DNA from: Pseudomonadota bacterium
Lineage (GTDB): Bacteria > Myxococcota_A > UBA9042 > GCA-2863065
DNA length: 64,000 bases
Assembly (NCBI GenBank): GCA_005776585.1
Contig: SXOX01000036.1
Span: forward strand, 1,176 to 65,175
Direction of reading: 5' to 3'
Part shown: piece after piece, positions 29,801 to 39,075 of the stretch
How the letters are laid out: every line of letters begins with the position of its first letter
Numbering within the stretch: the first letter of the stretch is position 1
Translations under genes and position numbers: made by a program
Notes under the pieces: model-generated
What the model saw: the letters and a program-made list of their open reading frames with translations, nothing else
The model's database searches: none
Told to the model about the DNA's origin: nothing

Positions 29801-30714
29801 AGCAAGCCCCCCGCGGGACAGTTTGCGGCGGGTACGAGCGCCTTGCCGTCGATGGTGGTACAGCAGACCTCCGCTGCGCACTCTGCGTCCGGCACCGATA
29901 GTCCCTTTTGAGCGGTGCACGCGTCCTTGCCGATGCGCGTATGCCGGTCACCGAGCTTGCAGCACGTGTCCGTGCAGTGCTCGACCGGACCAGCGGAGAC
30001 GTGAATGGGGAAGGTCAGCGACGACGTGGTCACCCCGTCGGTGATGGTCGCCTTGACCTGATAGGTGCCCATCGTCTCGCCCCGAAAGACCAGCGTGCTG
30101 CCGTTGGGGGTCATGGTGTAGAGGGCATCGAGCGGCGCGCTCACGAGCTCGAAGGTCGTCGTCAGGGGCTTGTCTCCGCCGGAGGCCGAGAGCGTGATGG
30201 TCTGTTCTTCACATCGCACGACGAACTTCGAAGGAGAATACACGAGGGACACGAGGTGGGGGCCATCGACGATGACGGTGATCACGTCGAGCCCGCCCTT
30301 CGGTGGCGGTGTGCACTGGATGACGAGCAGGAGCTCGACCGTCTTCTCCGGCTCGATCGTGACGTCTTGCGACACCGGTGCGCAGTCCGGTAGCGGCTCG
30401 CCCTCCTTCTTCATGGCCGTGACCGTGACCTTGCAGTGACCCGGCTGAAGCGTCTGGAACAGGTCAGCGAAGGGCTTGCCCGCCTGAGCGGCGCTCGCGG
30501 CCGGAGGCAGCCCCTCGGCCTCGATGGGCACATAAGTCGACGAGGTCGTGCCATCGTCGCAGACCACGGAGTACTGGACGCCTGTGGCGTTGGCGCTACC
30601 GACAGCGGTCGCGTGCAGCGTCCCTGGCGCGGGTTTCGTCACCGCGCTGCCCGGGTCGTCAGCCGTGCACGCAGCGAACACCAGCGAAGCGAACACCGTC
30701 GCAGCTCTCGTCAT
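26866..30714 (-). CDS. Large surface lipoprotein with 18 four-Cys repeats and a C-terminal beta-propeller
   Basis: ATG 30714 after GGGAGG; lipobox FAAC; tandem CC..C..C repeats; YGLAVD/YGIATD/HGLTLD propeller blades; YAYSGDQTG. Confidence 0.85.
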   Translation of the reverse strand: MTRAATVFASLVFAACTADDPGSAVTKPAPGTLHATAVGSANATGVQYSVVCDDGTTSSTYVPIEAEGLPPAASAAQAGKPFADLFQTLQPGHCKVTVTAMKKEGEPLPDCAPVSQDVTIEPEKTVELLLVIQCTPPPKGGLDVITVIVDGPHLVSLVYSPSKFVVRCEEQTITLSASGGDKPLTTTFELVSAPLDALYTMTPNGSTLVFRGETMGTYQVKATITDGVTTSSLTFPIHVSAGPVEHCTDTCCKLGDRHTRIGKDACTAQKGLSVPDAECAAEVCCTTIDGKALVPAANCPAGGLLALDACFAPEPKTCCRTGKFGELSVVQNDAVCASFKGKVIPYEVCQTPTCCAKDALFGGEYGYVPAVSCPLFHAADPLYCDPKELCCELPTGFVLELSNLCFAAGGFAAEASLCQPTPICCAVDGKHLTLEPNTCKVGGGTPADPPDCLPKDVCCALTGAHVAMKDDACVAGGGKVVPLDQCVPKEICCHTGGKYVFSADDVCVTTGGVIVADAECLPKDVCCDVAAFYYTLKDNLCAEKGGLPVDGALCTPKSCCVLATGDSAVMPEGQCTKQGGQILAVEQCTAVCCLNPAAGFSLQPTFRCPAPPFTVTPQALCTLDEVCCTVGGVLNTTSNQECYLSGGAEVDPTQCQLKPVCCFTAGLHATQTNLSCQQGGGQVVPDADCVPKDVCCKVGNGFPITISNLKCEQAKGTPVAAEGCVVKDVCCALAGSFTVKKNKDCVAAGGTFADAAACVPKDVCCSTGGKVFTQKDDQCLAGLGMIVDPVQCEPKVCCAAADGTSAVLPQTTCAKQQGAAKDKALCTTICCTFPKGVADKRLGWQCVEAGGVVADMTQCAVLTKQFNANHKLKPGGVCDPAPYLVIPSSGANKLAVFRLDNLQPLPTTPFATCASPSRVMMDQNTDVYATCRGEGSVVKHTRDGVVLWKRAFAGCNATKGIAMNGAGRLFAGCETGSNGTLGRIWELDAATGDVLKFVDASSNSQFLTVYGLAVDKDGLYATGSSTGHVAKITLGGAADMTVAWRKPYSNPYGIATDRKGSVWITGNQLRRLRTSDGVQDFSLPLTQTESTFLLGVQVGLDGNVYAANSATVFKHVPATQTATKLFTDGSIGGDVHGLTLDAANNLYAISNTASLVTKLTPALQQTPFGSAVLQNPYAYSGDQTGVLNICGLAATDSWTSAEIDGGSATTTWQSITWTFTTPPGSSITVYYSLDGGVTWLVAANGATMQGVVGQKLRLKALLKSTIAGNEPTLNNVSVKYKP
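28135..29970 (-). repeat. 18 tandem diverged ~33-36-aa repeats (xCC-x13-17-C-x10-12-C)
   Basis: Counted in the translation, e.g. VCCALTGAHVAMKDDACVAGGGKVVPLDQCVPKE. Boundaries approximate. Confidence 0.9.
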
Positions 30715-30808
30715 GATTCCTCCCTGTCGCGACCCCACGCGCGAAGACCAGCCAAGCATAAAGGCTTCGGGGTGCGATCTTCAACCCGCGGCGAATACGC
30801 GTCGGGGC

Positions 30809-31936
30809 TCACTTGGCCAATTGTTTCACCTTTTCAAGAGCGGCCTCGACGGCCTTGACACGACCGGCCATCCCCTCCAGGAGCGACTTGTCCTGCGTCC
30901 GCAGGAGCTCCTCGAGCGCAGTCCAGTGGGCTTCGCGTGCGTCGATGTAGACGAGGAGCGTGTCCATCGCGACGCGCTGTTTTCCCGGCGAGAGGTTCAG
31001 CTCTCCAAGCCGCGCTCTCTCGGACCGCCATGGCGGAAGGATCTCCGCGGCGAGCGCCTGGGCGGCCTGCGCGTCGGTGATTGTGCCGCCCTTGACGCCC
31101 TCGACGAGGGCTTGAAATCGCGCCAGCGCCTTGTTCTCGATCGCGGTGAACGTGGCGATCTCCTTGTCGAAGTCCACACCGGGCTTCACGAGCGTGGCGG
31201 CGCCGAACACGATCCCCACCACACCGCCAGACAGGATGAGTGTGCGACGTGTCACGCGAGCCCGATCGCCGGTGAGCTCGAGGTCGAGCCAGCGCGCAAT
31301 GGCGAAGCCGCCGAGCAGGCCTCCGACGTGACCGGCCATGTCGACGTTGGGCAGAAAGCTGTTCAGGAGGTTGAAGCCGACGAAGACGGCCGCGCCCTTG
31401 CCGAGCCGCTTGAGCAGCGCCGCGGGGATGACGGTCGGGTTGCGCAGGAGCAGCCCGGCGAGCCCACCATAGAGACCGAAGATCGCGCCGGAGGCCCCCG
31501 CACAGACGATGTTCGAGTGGACCCACAGCGACAGGACGCTGCCGGCGATCCCGGAGGCGGTGTAGAGGGCGAGAAACCCGACGTGACCGAGCGAGCGCTC
31601 CATGAACGGTCCGATGTCGAACAAGACCGCCAAGTTCATCAGCAGGTGAAACGCCCCGATGTGTACGTAATTGGACGACAGGAGCCGCCACCACTCGCCC
31701 GCGGCCGTTCGCGGCGCGAAGCTCCCTCCCCACGCCAGGATGTCGGTCGCGCTGGGCTCCATGAAGCCGACGCCGGAGGCGATCATGAGCCCAAAGATGA
31801 GGACGTTGACCGCGATGAGGCCGTACGTCACGAGCGGGGCCCGAATGGTCTGCGCAAGAGCGGCCTGGAACTCCGCGACGGGATCGGGAGCGGGAGCGGC
31901 GATGGCGTCCTCGGGGGCTTCGGGCAGGTCGGTCAT
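30809..31936 (-). CDS. Rhomboid family intramembrane serine protease with a C-terminal helical domain
   Basis: GEWWRLLS, HIGAFHLLMN, GASGAIFG (catalytic Ser) and AGHVGG (catalytic His). ATG 31936 with AAGGAG. Confidence 0.93.
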   Translation of the reverse strand: MTDLPEAPEDAIAAPAPDPVAEFQAALAQTIRAPLVTYGLIAVNVLIFGLMIASGVGFMEPSATDILAWGGSFAPRTAAGEWWRLLSSNYVHIGAFHLLMNLAVLFDIGPFMERSLGHVGFLALYTASGIAGSVLSLWVHSNIVCAGASGAIFGLYGGLAGLLLRNPTVIPAALLKRLGKGAAVFVGFNLLNSFLPNVDMAGHVGGLLGGFAIARWLDLELTGDRARVTRRTLILSGGVVGIVFGAATLVKPGVDFDKEIATFTAIENKALARFQALVEGVKGGTITDAQAAQALAAEILPPWRSERARLGELNLSPGKQRVAMDTLLVYIDAREAHWTALEELLRTQDKSLLEGMAGRVKAVEAALEKVKQLAK

Positions 31937-32099
31937 CGGGTCGCCTCTCCTTGGTGTCAGGTTACGCGGGCGAACGACCGTCACACGCACTCTACGGGTC
32001 GTCAAGCGGTCGCGCCCGTTGACCGTGACAATTGGCTCAGCTACCGTCTAATGATTCGGGCTACCCGAAATCGGCGCGACATCACGGAGGAGAGTAGCG

Positions 32100-32771
32100 A
32101 TGCGAAAGGTGTTATCGATTCTGGGCGGGTTGCTGGTCATCGGAGGCGCGGTCGTCAAGATTGGCACGAAGGCCACCGACTCCGACAGCGGCGCCAAGCA
32201 GCTTCCGCCCCGCGGCCACCATTGGGATGACGCCAAGGGCCAGCTTGCGAGCACGTACGCCGCCGCGCTCGAGAAGGAGCTCAGCCCGCTGGGCGTGGTG
32301 GGCGATCAGCTTCGCAAGGCCTCGGTGTGCATGGCCGAGAAGATGGTCGGGTTCTTGAACACGACCGAGTGTCGGTTCCATTACAACACGGCGGAGACGA
32401 GCAAGGAGCAGCACCTGGCCAATCAGGAGCAGTGTCTCAAGAAGGTCGGCTCGCAGGCCAAGGAGGAGGCGGCGACGTTCGAGTGCGGCAAGAAGCACTT
32501 CACCAACGACTGGGCGGTGCGCAAGGACCTCATCGCCAAGGAGTTCGAGACCGCGTTCGTCAAGAAGGGGACCGAAGCGACGAAGGCCATCACGCTAAGC
32601 GCCTGTATCGCCTCCGCGGTGGTCACAGCACTCCAGGAGTCCGACTGCAAGCTCATCGATGTCGAGGCGACCGAGCCGGCCAAGCTGTTTCGCACATTGG
32701 ATGGGTGCCTCGAGCGGCCCGAGCTCAAGTCCAAGTTCGACGCCATCATCGCACGCTGCAAGGGCGAGTGA
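32100..32771 (+). CDS. Membrane-anchored or secreted Cys-containing hypothetical protein
   Basis: N-terminal hydrophobic helix and 8 Cys in two similar helical halves. RBS GGAGGAG. Confidence 0.65.
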   Translation: MRKVLSILGGLLVIGGAVVKIGTKATDSDSGAKQLPPRGHHWDDAKGQLASTYAAALEKELSPLGVVGDQLRKASVCMAEKMVGFLNTTECRFHYNTAETSKEQHLANQEQCLKKVGSQAKEEAATFECGKKHFTNDWAVRKDLIAKEFETAFVKKGTEATKAITLSACIASAVVTALQESDCKLIDVEATEPAKLFRTLDGCLERPELKSKFDAIIARCKGE

Positions 32772-33613
32772 GCGCGGCCCCGGGCGCGGCGCGGCTCTGG
32801 GGCGTGCTCGGCCACCCCTATCTGGACGTCTCGCCCCTGATTGACACCTCGGTCTTTCCCGTGCTCGACGCGGAGCTCACGCGCGGACTCACGCGCGCGA
32901 CGACGAACGCGACGGGCGGCACGCTGAAGTGGATGGGGGTCGTGGCGCCGTGGGTCATCGACGACGGCTTCCGCGACGCGATGTTTGCCATCGAGGCCAT
33001 GAGCCCCGACGAGCTCCGTGAGTTCGCCGCGCTCGGCGACGGCCCGCCGGTGTTGGTCGAGGATCGCGCCACCTGGCGCTTCGGCGACGAGACGGACCGA
33101 CCCTTTACGGCGGCGCAGGTCCGCCTCCTGTCGACGCGCTACGGAGCGTACTTTCCATGGAAGGTCTGCCTCCATCTCCTGGAGAACGAGCGCTGGGAGG
33201 ACAAGCATTCAGGCGCGGGCAAGGCCTTCACCGCGGAGGCGCTGGCGTTGTTCCCGGAGACCGTGCGGTTCGTGCAGTCGCTGCCGTTCACCGAGATCGG
33301 CCGCGTCGTGCTCTTCGGGCTCGAGCCCGACGATCACGCGCCGCTGCACCGGGACACGGAGCCCGGCCGCGCCTTGCAGGTCGCCCAGAGCCTGTGCTTC
33401 CAGCCGCGCCCCGGTAAGCGGCTCTACCTTCAAAACGCGCCCGAGGCCGCTCCCACCATCGTCGACGCACCGCTGTATTGGTTCAACGACATGGACTACC
33501 ATGGCGTCCTGTCGGACCCCGTCTTCCGCTATTCGGTGCGTGTCGACGGTGTGTTCGACCGAGACTTCGTGCGCTCGATCGAGCGCCACGCCAGGAGCCA
33601 AGCGACCCCATGA
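32768..33613 (+). CDS. Putative Fe(II) dioxygenase (Asp/Asn beta-hydroxylase-like fold), copy 1
   Basis: GTGA overlap with the upstream gene. IGRV, LHRD...WFNDMDYHGV...YSVRVDG give an HxD...H triad. Confidence 0.65.
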   Translation: MSAAPGAARLWGVLGHPYLDVSPLIDTSVFPVLDAELTRGLTRATTNATGGTLKWMGVVAPWVIDDGFRDAMFAIEAMSPDELREFAALGDGPPVLVEDRATWRFGDETDRPFTAAQVRLLSTRYGAYFPWKVCLHLLENERWEDKHSGAGKAFTAEALALFPETVRFVQSLPFTEIGRVVLFGLEPDDHAPLHRDTEPGRALQVAQSLCFQPRPGKRLYLQNAPEAAPTIVDAPLYWFNDMDYHGVLSDPVFRYSVRVDGVFDRDFVRSIERHARSQATP

Positions 33614-34704
33614 GAGCCATTCATCTGAAGTTGATCGGTGTGCTGATCTGCGCGAGCACCACCGTCGCGTGCAAGAAGAACGCTGACGCGGTGACCCAGC
33701 CTGTCGCAGAGGGGACGCCGCCACCCGCCGTGCCCAGAGGCGAAGAACCCGCGAAGGAGTCGGACTCGAAGCGGCCGGCACCCTGGGTCTCGGTCAAGAA
33801 GCCACAGCTTCACCTCGAAGCGAGCTTTCCTGCGGAACCGACGCCGGGGCACGAGGAGCGTGAGAACGCGTTGGGGAAGGTCATTGCGGACTTCCTGTCC
33901 GCGACCGCGGATGAACATGAGTTCACCGTCGTCATCACGGAGCTGCCCGCGATGATGGCCCTCATCGATTCCAAGAAGCTCCTCCTCGATATGGCGAGCG
34001 CGACGGTCGCCAAGTACATCGGTGCGCCGCCCAAGTTCGAGCCGGGTGAGCTGGGCGGCATTCCTGGCCTCACGGTGGCGGCCCAGGGTACGTTCGAGGG
34101 TCGAAAGAGCGACGTCCTCTGTCGCGCCGCGTTCTTCGCGGGCCGGGTCTTTGTCGCAGGAGCCGTTGCGCTCGGAAAGCCGCTCGACCGCGAGCGAGCG
34201 CAGCGCTTCTTGGCGAGCGTCAAGTTCACTGGACCGAACGCTGCCGGTCACGGCTCTCTATGGAAGCCGGCTCAGGGGCCCGACTTCACCGTTGAGTTTC
34301 CGGGCGAGGCGACCTCCGAGCCCTCCGAGGTCGAAAAGGACGGCGTCAAGATCGCGACGCTGTCGGTCAATGCCAAGCTCAAGGTCGCTGACTTCATGCT
34401 CGTCCGCACCCAGGTGCTGACACCCTCACCCGCGACGCCCATCCAGCTCGTCGAGGCCGCCGCCAAGAATGTCGAGACGGGCTGGAAGATGCGCGACCTC
34501 AAGACCACGGACGTGACCATCCCGGGGGCGGTCGGTCGTGACTACGCGGCGACGTGTGCCATTGGCAGCGGGGACAAGGCGTGTCGAATGCGCGTCGTTG
34601 CGGTCGCCTCCACGACGTTCCTCATCGGGGTGATGTCGAAGATGCCGTTGGACAACGCGGTGTACGCGCGGTTCTTCGAATCGTTCAAGCTCAAGGCGAA
34701 GTAG
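33610..34704 (+). CDS. Lipoprotein with two tandem PsbP/Mog1-like domains
   Basis: Lipobox TVAC. Two similar halves start ASFPAEP / VEFPGEA and end RFLASVKF / RFFESFKL. Confidence 0.65.
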   Translation: MRAIHLKLIGVLICASTTVACKKNADAVTQPVAEGTPPPAVPRGEEPAKESDSKRPAPWVSVKKPQLHLEASFPAEPTPGHEERENALGKVIADFLSATADEHEFTVVITELPAMMALIDSKKLLLDMASATVAKYIGAPPKFEPGELGGIPGLTVAAQGTFEGRKSDVLCRAAFFAGRVFVAGAVALGKPLDRERAQRFLASVKFTGPNAAGHGSLWKPAQGPDFTVEFPGEATSEPSEVEKDGVKIATLSVNAKLKVADFMLVRTQVLTPSPATPIQLVEAAAKNVETGWKMRDLKTTDVTIPGAVGRDYAATCAIGSGDKACRMRVVAVASTTFLIGVMSKMPLDNAVYARFFESFKLKAK

Positions 34705-35947
34705 GGGCGGTCAGCCCTACGGCCAAGCTGCGCGCGGCGTCGTCGGTCGCGCCCGACTGCACTCGCACGTAGCAGCCGGCCGCCTCGCCCGCAATTAGAA
34801 AGACGCCGTAGTTGGCGACCGTGCCCCGCTCGTCCCTAGGCTGGGCAGCAAAATAGCGCTGCGCAATCCACCGGCCCGGCCGCGCGAGCCGCAGTGACTC
34901 GGCCCACGTCGCCGCGTCGGTCTCGAGTCCCACGATGACCTCGTCGCCCTCGGCGCCGTAGTCGCTCTTGAGCACCCATGCGGCGCGGTCGGCGAGCAGC
35001 TGCTCGGGGTGCATGGTCTCGAGCCGCGAGGTGAGGGGGACGAGCGCCTGGATGTGGGCCTGCGCCGTCGGCGAGAAGCGGTGCAGGTGCTCCCACATGA
35101 AGGCCATCGCCCGCTTGTTCTGCGTGAGCACCGAGCCGAACGGGTTGACGAGGCCGAGCTTGCCGTCGACCCATGCCCCAAGCACGTGCGTGAGTGGCTC
35201 GGTGAGCGGCAGCGCGTCCGGGATGGGGTCGTCGAGCCAGGGCGAGACGCGCTCGGTCCACCAGTCGGTCTTGTAATGGCGGACGACGACGCTCACGGGC
35301 ACGTCGAACAGGGTGAGGCGGCCGTCAGCGTCGCGCCCGAGGTTGTAGGGGGAGGCGAGCACGACGTCGAAGCCCGCGCCCTCGAGCCACCGCCGATAGA
35401 GCCGCACGACGGACAGGTCCTCGGTGAGCTCGGTCGGATACACGAGGCCGACGGTGCGCGGGCCTGCGACGCGGACGTGCAGCGCCTCGACGAGCCGGAG
35501 GAAGCGCGACTCCAGCTGCGCGTTGGGATCGGCAAGGTCCGGGTGCTCCTCCGCCATGAGGCGGCTCAGCTCGACGGCCTCGGCCTCCCCGGTTGGCGTG
35601 TCGCTGTTGAGCTCGGTCGTGACCAGCTCGCCGTCCGTGGTGATGAAGAGGTCCGCGCGCCCGATGCCGTGCCACAGCGGCGCCGAGGCCTGCCACAGCG
35701 CCTCTTGGACCGGGGTGAGCGAAAAAAAGGAGGCCGTGAGCTCCGGGTCATCCCAGACGAGACGCGCCAGCTCGTCGTAGACGGTGGCGAGCTGCTCGGC
35801 GGCGCGACACAGGCGCCGGTAGGTCTGGGCATCCAGCCGCTCGACTCCAGTCTCGAAGCGCGGCGCCCCGTCGAGCCACGGGTCGGTGACGAGCCCGCCC
35901 TCCAGCAGGCGGCGAGCGAAGGCGTCGTAGGCGCCCGTGGCGCTCAC
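34691..35947 (-). CDS. Glutathionylspermidine synthase-like ATP-grasp ligase
   Basis: GRADL, TELNSDTPTG, EDL, RHYKTDW, QNKRAMA, WVLKSDYGAEGDEV and IAQRYF. Confidence 0.88.
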   Translation of the reverse strand: MSATGAYDAFARRLLEGGLVTDPWLDGAPRFETGVERLDAQTYRRLCRAAEQLATVYDELARLVWDDPELTASFFSLTPVQEALWQASAPLWHGIGRADLFITTDGELVTTELNSDTPTGEAEAVELSRLMAEEHPDLADPNAQLESRFLRLVEALHVRVAGPRTVGLVYPTELTEDLSVVRLYRRWLEGAGFDVVLASPYNLGRDADGRLTLFDVPVSVVVRHYKTDWWTERVSPWLDDPIPDALPLTEPLTHVLGAWVDGKLGLVNPFGSVLTQNKRAMAFMWEHLHRFSPTAQAHIQALVPLTSRLETMHPEQLLADRAAWVLKSDYGAEGDEVIVGLETDAATWAESLRLARPGRWIAQRYFAAQPRDERGTVANYGVFLIAGEAAGCYVRVQSGATDDAARSLAVGLTAPTSP

Positions 35948-36786
35948 ACCAGGCTCGCGAGGATGAGCGCCGTGGCGATGTAGGTGACCGCCTCGAGCAT
36001 CGCCATGCCGACGCTGTGTTCGGTCCCGATGGCGACGTCGAGGGCGCCGCCGCGCAGCGTGGGCCGCGCGCCAAGCAAGAGACCGGTGACAACGAGCTGG
36101 CGGACCGGGTAGAGCACCAGCACGTGCGCCACGACGACCGCGTAGCCGGAAAGCGCGGGGATCCAGCCGGGGAAGTCGCCCTCGACCGCGCGGGCGATGA
36201 CGATGGCGACCGCGATCGAGATACCCGCGTAGGAGACGGCCGCCGCGGTGTTCTCGCCGCGAATCTGCTCCTCGTCGTCGTAGACGGTCAGGGCCCGGAA
36301 GGCGGACACGAAGCCGAGCTGCGTCAGAAACGCCAGCGTGAAGAACACGAGCGCGAGCGCGAGGCTCCCGATGTCGTCACCGACGGCGGCCTTCGCGGCG
36401 AGCAGGCCCGTCGCGAGGACGTGCCCGAAGGCCGCGATGCCCGCGGCGACGTTGCCGCGATCGAGCTCCTGGCGCAGCGACGCGGCGAGCAGGGCGCGCA
36501 GAGCGAGGCGACTGACGAAGATGACGAGCAGGAAGCCGAGGCCGCCGAACAGCGCGCACCAGAGCAGGTCGCGCGCGACGCTCTCTCCCGAGGGGATGTG
36601 GCGCGCGACCGAGAGCGAGAGCCAAAACGCAGCCAGGACCTCGCCGGCCCGTACGAGGCGCCAGGCGTCCTGCGGGGTGTCCGCGGCACGCTTGGTCGCA
36701 AACAGGTCGAACAGGCGCAGCACGATGAGCAGCCCGAGGGCCGTGACGGCAGCGAGAGCGGCGATGGCGTAGGAACCGAGGTGCAT
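35944..36786 (-). CDS. DUF350-family membrane protein (tandem repeats)
   Basis: Multi-TM protein with repeated ELDRGNVAAGI, QIRGENTAAAV and AIGTEHSVGMAM motifs. Translationally coupled to the Gsp-like gene. Confidence 0.8.
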   Translation of the reverse strand: MHLGSYAIAALAAVTALGLLIVLRLFDLFATKRAADTPQDAWRLVRAGEVLAAFWLSLSVARHIPSGESVARDLLWCALFGGLGFLLVIFVSRLALRALLAASLRQELDRGNVAAGIAAFGHVLATGLLAAKAAVGDDIGSLALALVFFTLAFLTQLGFVSAFRALTVYDDEEQIRGENTAAAVSYAGISIAVAIVIARAVEGDFPGWIPALSGYAVVVAHVLVLYPVRQLVVTGLLLGARPTLRGGALDVAIGTEHSVGMAMLEAVTYIATALILASLV

Positions 36787-36841
36787 CGCGCGATGCTAGC
36801 CCAACTTGCCCCACGGCGCACGGGTCGCCTATGTTCGGTCC

Positions 36842-37717
36842 GTGTCCGAGCTCGCCCGTTCACCTGCCCTGCGCGGCGTCCCCGGAAGCGGCCTCCGCGG
36901 CCTCTACGGGCGGCCGTTCCTGGACCTCGGGCCGCTGCTCGCGCCCTACGTCGACCTCGCGGTCCTGCCCGCGCTGCACGAGGAGCTCTGCATGGGCCTC
37001 ACGCGGCTCTCGCCCGACGTCACCGGCGGCAGTCACCGCTCGATGGGCATCATGCCGCCAGGCCACGAGGCCGAGGCCCTCGTCGACTATGGCGAGGTCA
37101 TCGCGGGGCTCGACGCGGCCGGCTTCGAGACGCTCCGGCTGCTCGCCGACGACCCAAGCGCGTTCGATCCGGCGGAACGGGCCAAGACGACTTACGGCGA
37201 AGAGCGCGCCGTGCCGCTGTCGCGCCGGCAGCTGCTCTGGCTCAAGTACCGCCATGGTGTGTATTTTCCGTGGAAGGTCTATGTCGAGCTCATGCCGAAC
37301 CGTTGGTGGAGCGAGAAGCACCTGTCGGAGGGCAAGCGCTTCACGCGCCTCGCCGAGAGCCTCTTCCCAAAGACGCTCGACTTCGTCCGCCAGCTCCCCT
37401 TTGAGTCCATCGGCCGCTGCAACCTCATGGGCCTCGAGGCGCACGACCACGGCACGCTGCATCGCGACGGCGAGCCCGACGAGCAGACTGCGCCCGATGA
37501 GTTCATTACGTTCTCCCCGGCGCAGAACAAGACGCTCGTGCTCTGGGATCCACTCACCCGCGCGCAGGTACCCGTCGCCGGTCAGGCGGTGTGGTTCAAC
37601 GACTTCGACTATCACGGAGTGCTCGCGGCCCCTTGGTTTCGGTACTCGATTCGCGTAGATGGAGTGTTTCGCGACGGCTTCGTCGCAGCCATTGCAGCGG
37701 AGTTCGGGGGGACATGA
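36842..37717 (+). CDS. Putative Fe(II) dioxygenase, copy 2 (paralogue of 32768-33613)
   Basis: GVYFPWKV, LHRD, WFNDFDYHGV and FRYSIRVDGVF. Confidence 0.65.
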   Translation: MSELARSPALRGVPGSGLRGLYGRPFLDLGPLLAPYVDLAVLPALHEELCMGLTRLSPDVTGGSHRSMGIMPPGHEAEALVDYGEVIAGLDAAGFETLRLLADDPSAFDPAERAKTTYGEERAVPLSRRQLLWLKYRHGVYFPWKVYVELMPNRWWSEKHLSEGKRFTRLAESLFPKTLDFVRQLPFESIGRCNLMGLEAHDHGTLHRDGEPDEQTAPDEFITFSPAQNKTLVLWDPLTRAQVPVAGQAVWFNDFDYHGVLAAPWFRYSIRVDGVFRDGFVAAIAAEFGGT

Positions 37718-39075
37718 GCGGCAAGACCGATTCGGCAGACGACGCGAAGTTCGTGCGCGACGAGGTCGTCATGGAGCCAGGCATCCTCGGCGCACGCTGG
37801 TGGCAGGAGTCGATGGCGTCGGCGCAGACCGAGATAGAGTCGCGGCGCTCGGTGCTCTCCAAGCTCCTGCTCGGCGGTGTCGTGGTCGCGGGCGCGGGTG
37901 TGGCCATCTACGCAATGACCAGCTCCGGAGACGAAGAAGAGGTCGTCAAGCAAAAGGCGCTCGATCTCCAGCGCGCGCATGGCTGGAGCTTCGGCGCCTA
38001 CAGCGTTGGGCTCGTCTTCGACGGTATGACGACGCAGCGCTTCGAGCCCGTCGAAGTGGCGCGATTGGCCAATCACCTGACGCCTCGCGCACACGTGAGC
38101 ATGTACGTCCCCACACTCATGGAGTCGCTCACGGCCACGCCGAAGCAGCTCACGGGGCCCGACGTCGAGGCCTTCAAGCCGCTCAACGCCGTGATTCGGC
38201 CGATAGCGACCAAGAGCATGGAAATCGCCTACGGCATCGGACAGGCGCTAGCGCGGCTCACGAGCGCCAAACGTGAGCGCACGCTGATTGTGGCCGACGT
38301 GCTCGGCCCCGAGGCCGTCGCGCTCGCGGCCGGCGCGGCGGACGTCTTCGAACCGGTGCTCGCGATTGACAACTGGCCGCATCCCTACGGCGTCGTGCCT
38401 TCGCACCTGGCGCTCGCCGCGGCGCTCTACTACCAGCCGCGCTTCGTCGCGACGAAGACGAGCCGCCCCGCGGGTGCCCTGCCTTGCCTCGTCCTGGCCG
38501 CCGAGCGACATACGGCCTATACGGACTCGGCGACTACGTTCGACAACCGCTGGTACGCCCGGCTCCCCGGGATCGCGGCGCTCAAGGAGCTCAACGTCAC
38601 GCGCGTCCTGCTGATCGTGCCGAGCAGCGCCAACCGTTCGCCTGCCGCAACGGACGTGAGCGGAACGCTGTACTACTGGCAGAACAACGGCGTCGAGGTG
38701 CGCGCGGTGCCCTACGACGCGTTCCAGCAGAGCGGCCAATCGGGCGATACGGCCGTCTACTACGGCGGCTCGCCGGCACGAGAGGAGTCCTTCTTCGGCG
38801 ACTATGGCCTCGGCGAGGCCCCAGCCACACCCGCAGGGCCGGAGTTCCGGCTGCTGGCAGACTGGCGACCCAAAGCGCCCGAGATCACCGTCTCGACCGG
38901 CGCGGCTCCAGTGGTCTCGGGCAGCGGTTCGTCCTCGTGGTCGTCGGACCCCGACTTCGGAACGGTCGCCGTCTCGATGGCCGCAGGCGGCGTCATCACG
39001 GCCGCCGCGTTGGGCCGGCGCGCCGGCTCGCGAAACCGGACCTCGCAGTCGAGCGGCGGCTGGGGCGGCGGCTGA
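37714..39075 (+). CDS. Hypothetical protein with a twin-Arg-like TM segment and an Arg/Ser/Gly-rich tail
   Basis: SRRSVLSKLLLGGVVVAGAGVAIY; DNWPHP and FDNRWY motifs; ends RRAGSRNRTSQSSGGWGGG. ATGA coupling. Confidence 0.7.
   Translation: MSGKTDSADDAKFVRDEVVMEPGILGARWWQESMASAQTEIESRRSVLSKLLLGGVVVAGAGVAIYAMTSSGDEEEVVKQKALDLQRAHGWSFGAYSVGLVFDGMTTQRFEPVEVARLANHLTPRAHVSMYVPTLMESLTATPKQLTGPDVEAFKPLNAVIRPIATKSMEIAYGIGQALARLTSAKRERTLIVADVLGPEAVALAAGAADVFEPVLAIDNWPHPYGVVPSHLALAAALYYQPRFVATKTSRPAGALPCLVLAAERHTAYTDSATTFDNRWYARLPGIAALKELNVTRVLLIVPSSANRSPAATDVSGTLYYWQNNGVEVRAVPYDAFQQSGQSGDTAVYYGGSPAREESFFGDYGLGEAPATPAGPEFRLLADWRPKAPEITVSTGAAPVVSGSGSSSWSSDPDFGTVAVSMAAGGVITAAALGRRAGSRNRTSQSSGGWGGG

Noticed and set aside
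28135-29970. CRISPR array or DGR-type repeat
   Set aside because: The repeats are diverged, in-frame protein repeats. There are no identical DNA repeats with spacers, no cas genes and no reverse transcriptase.
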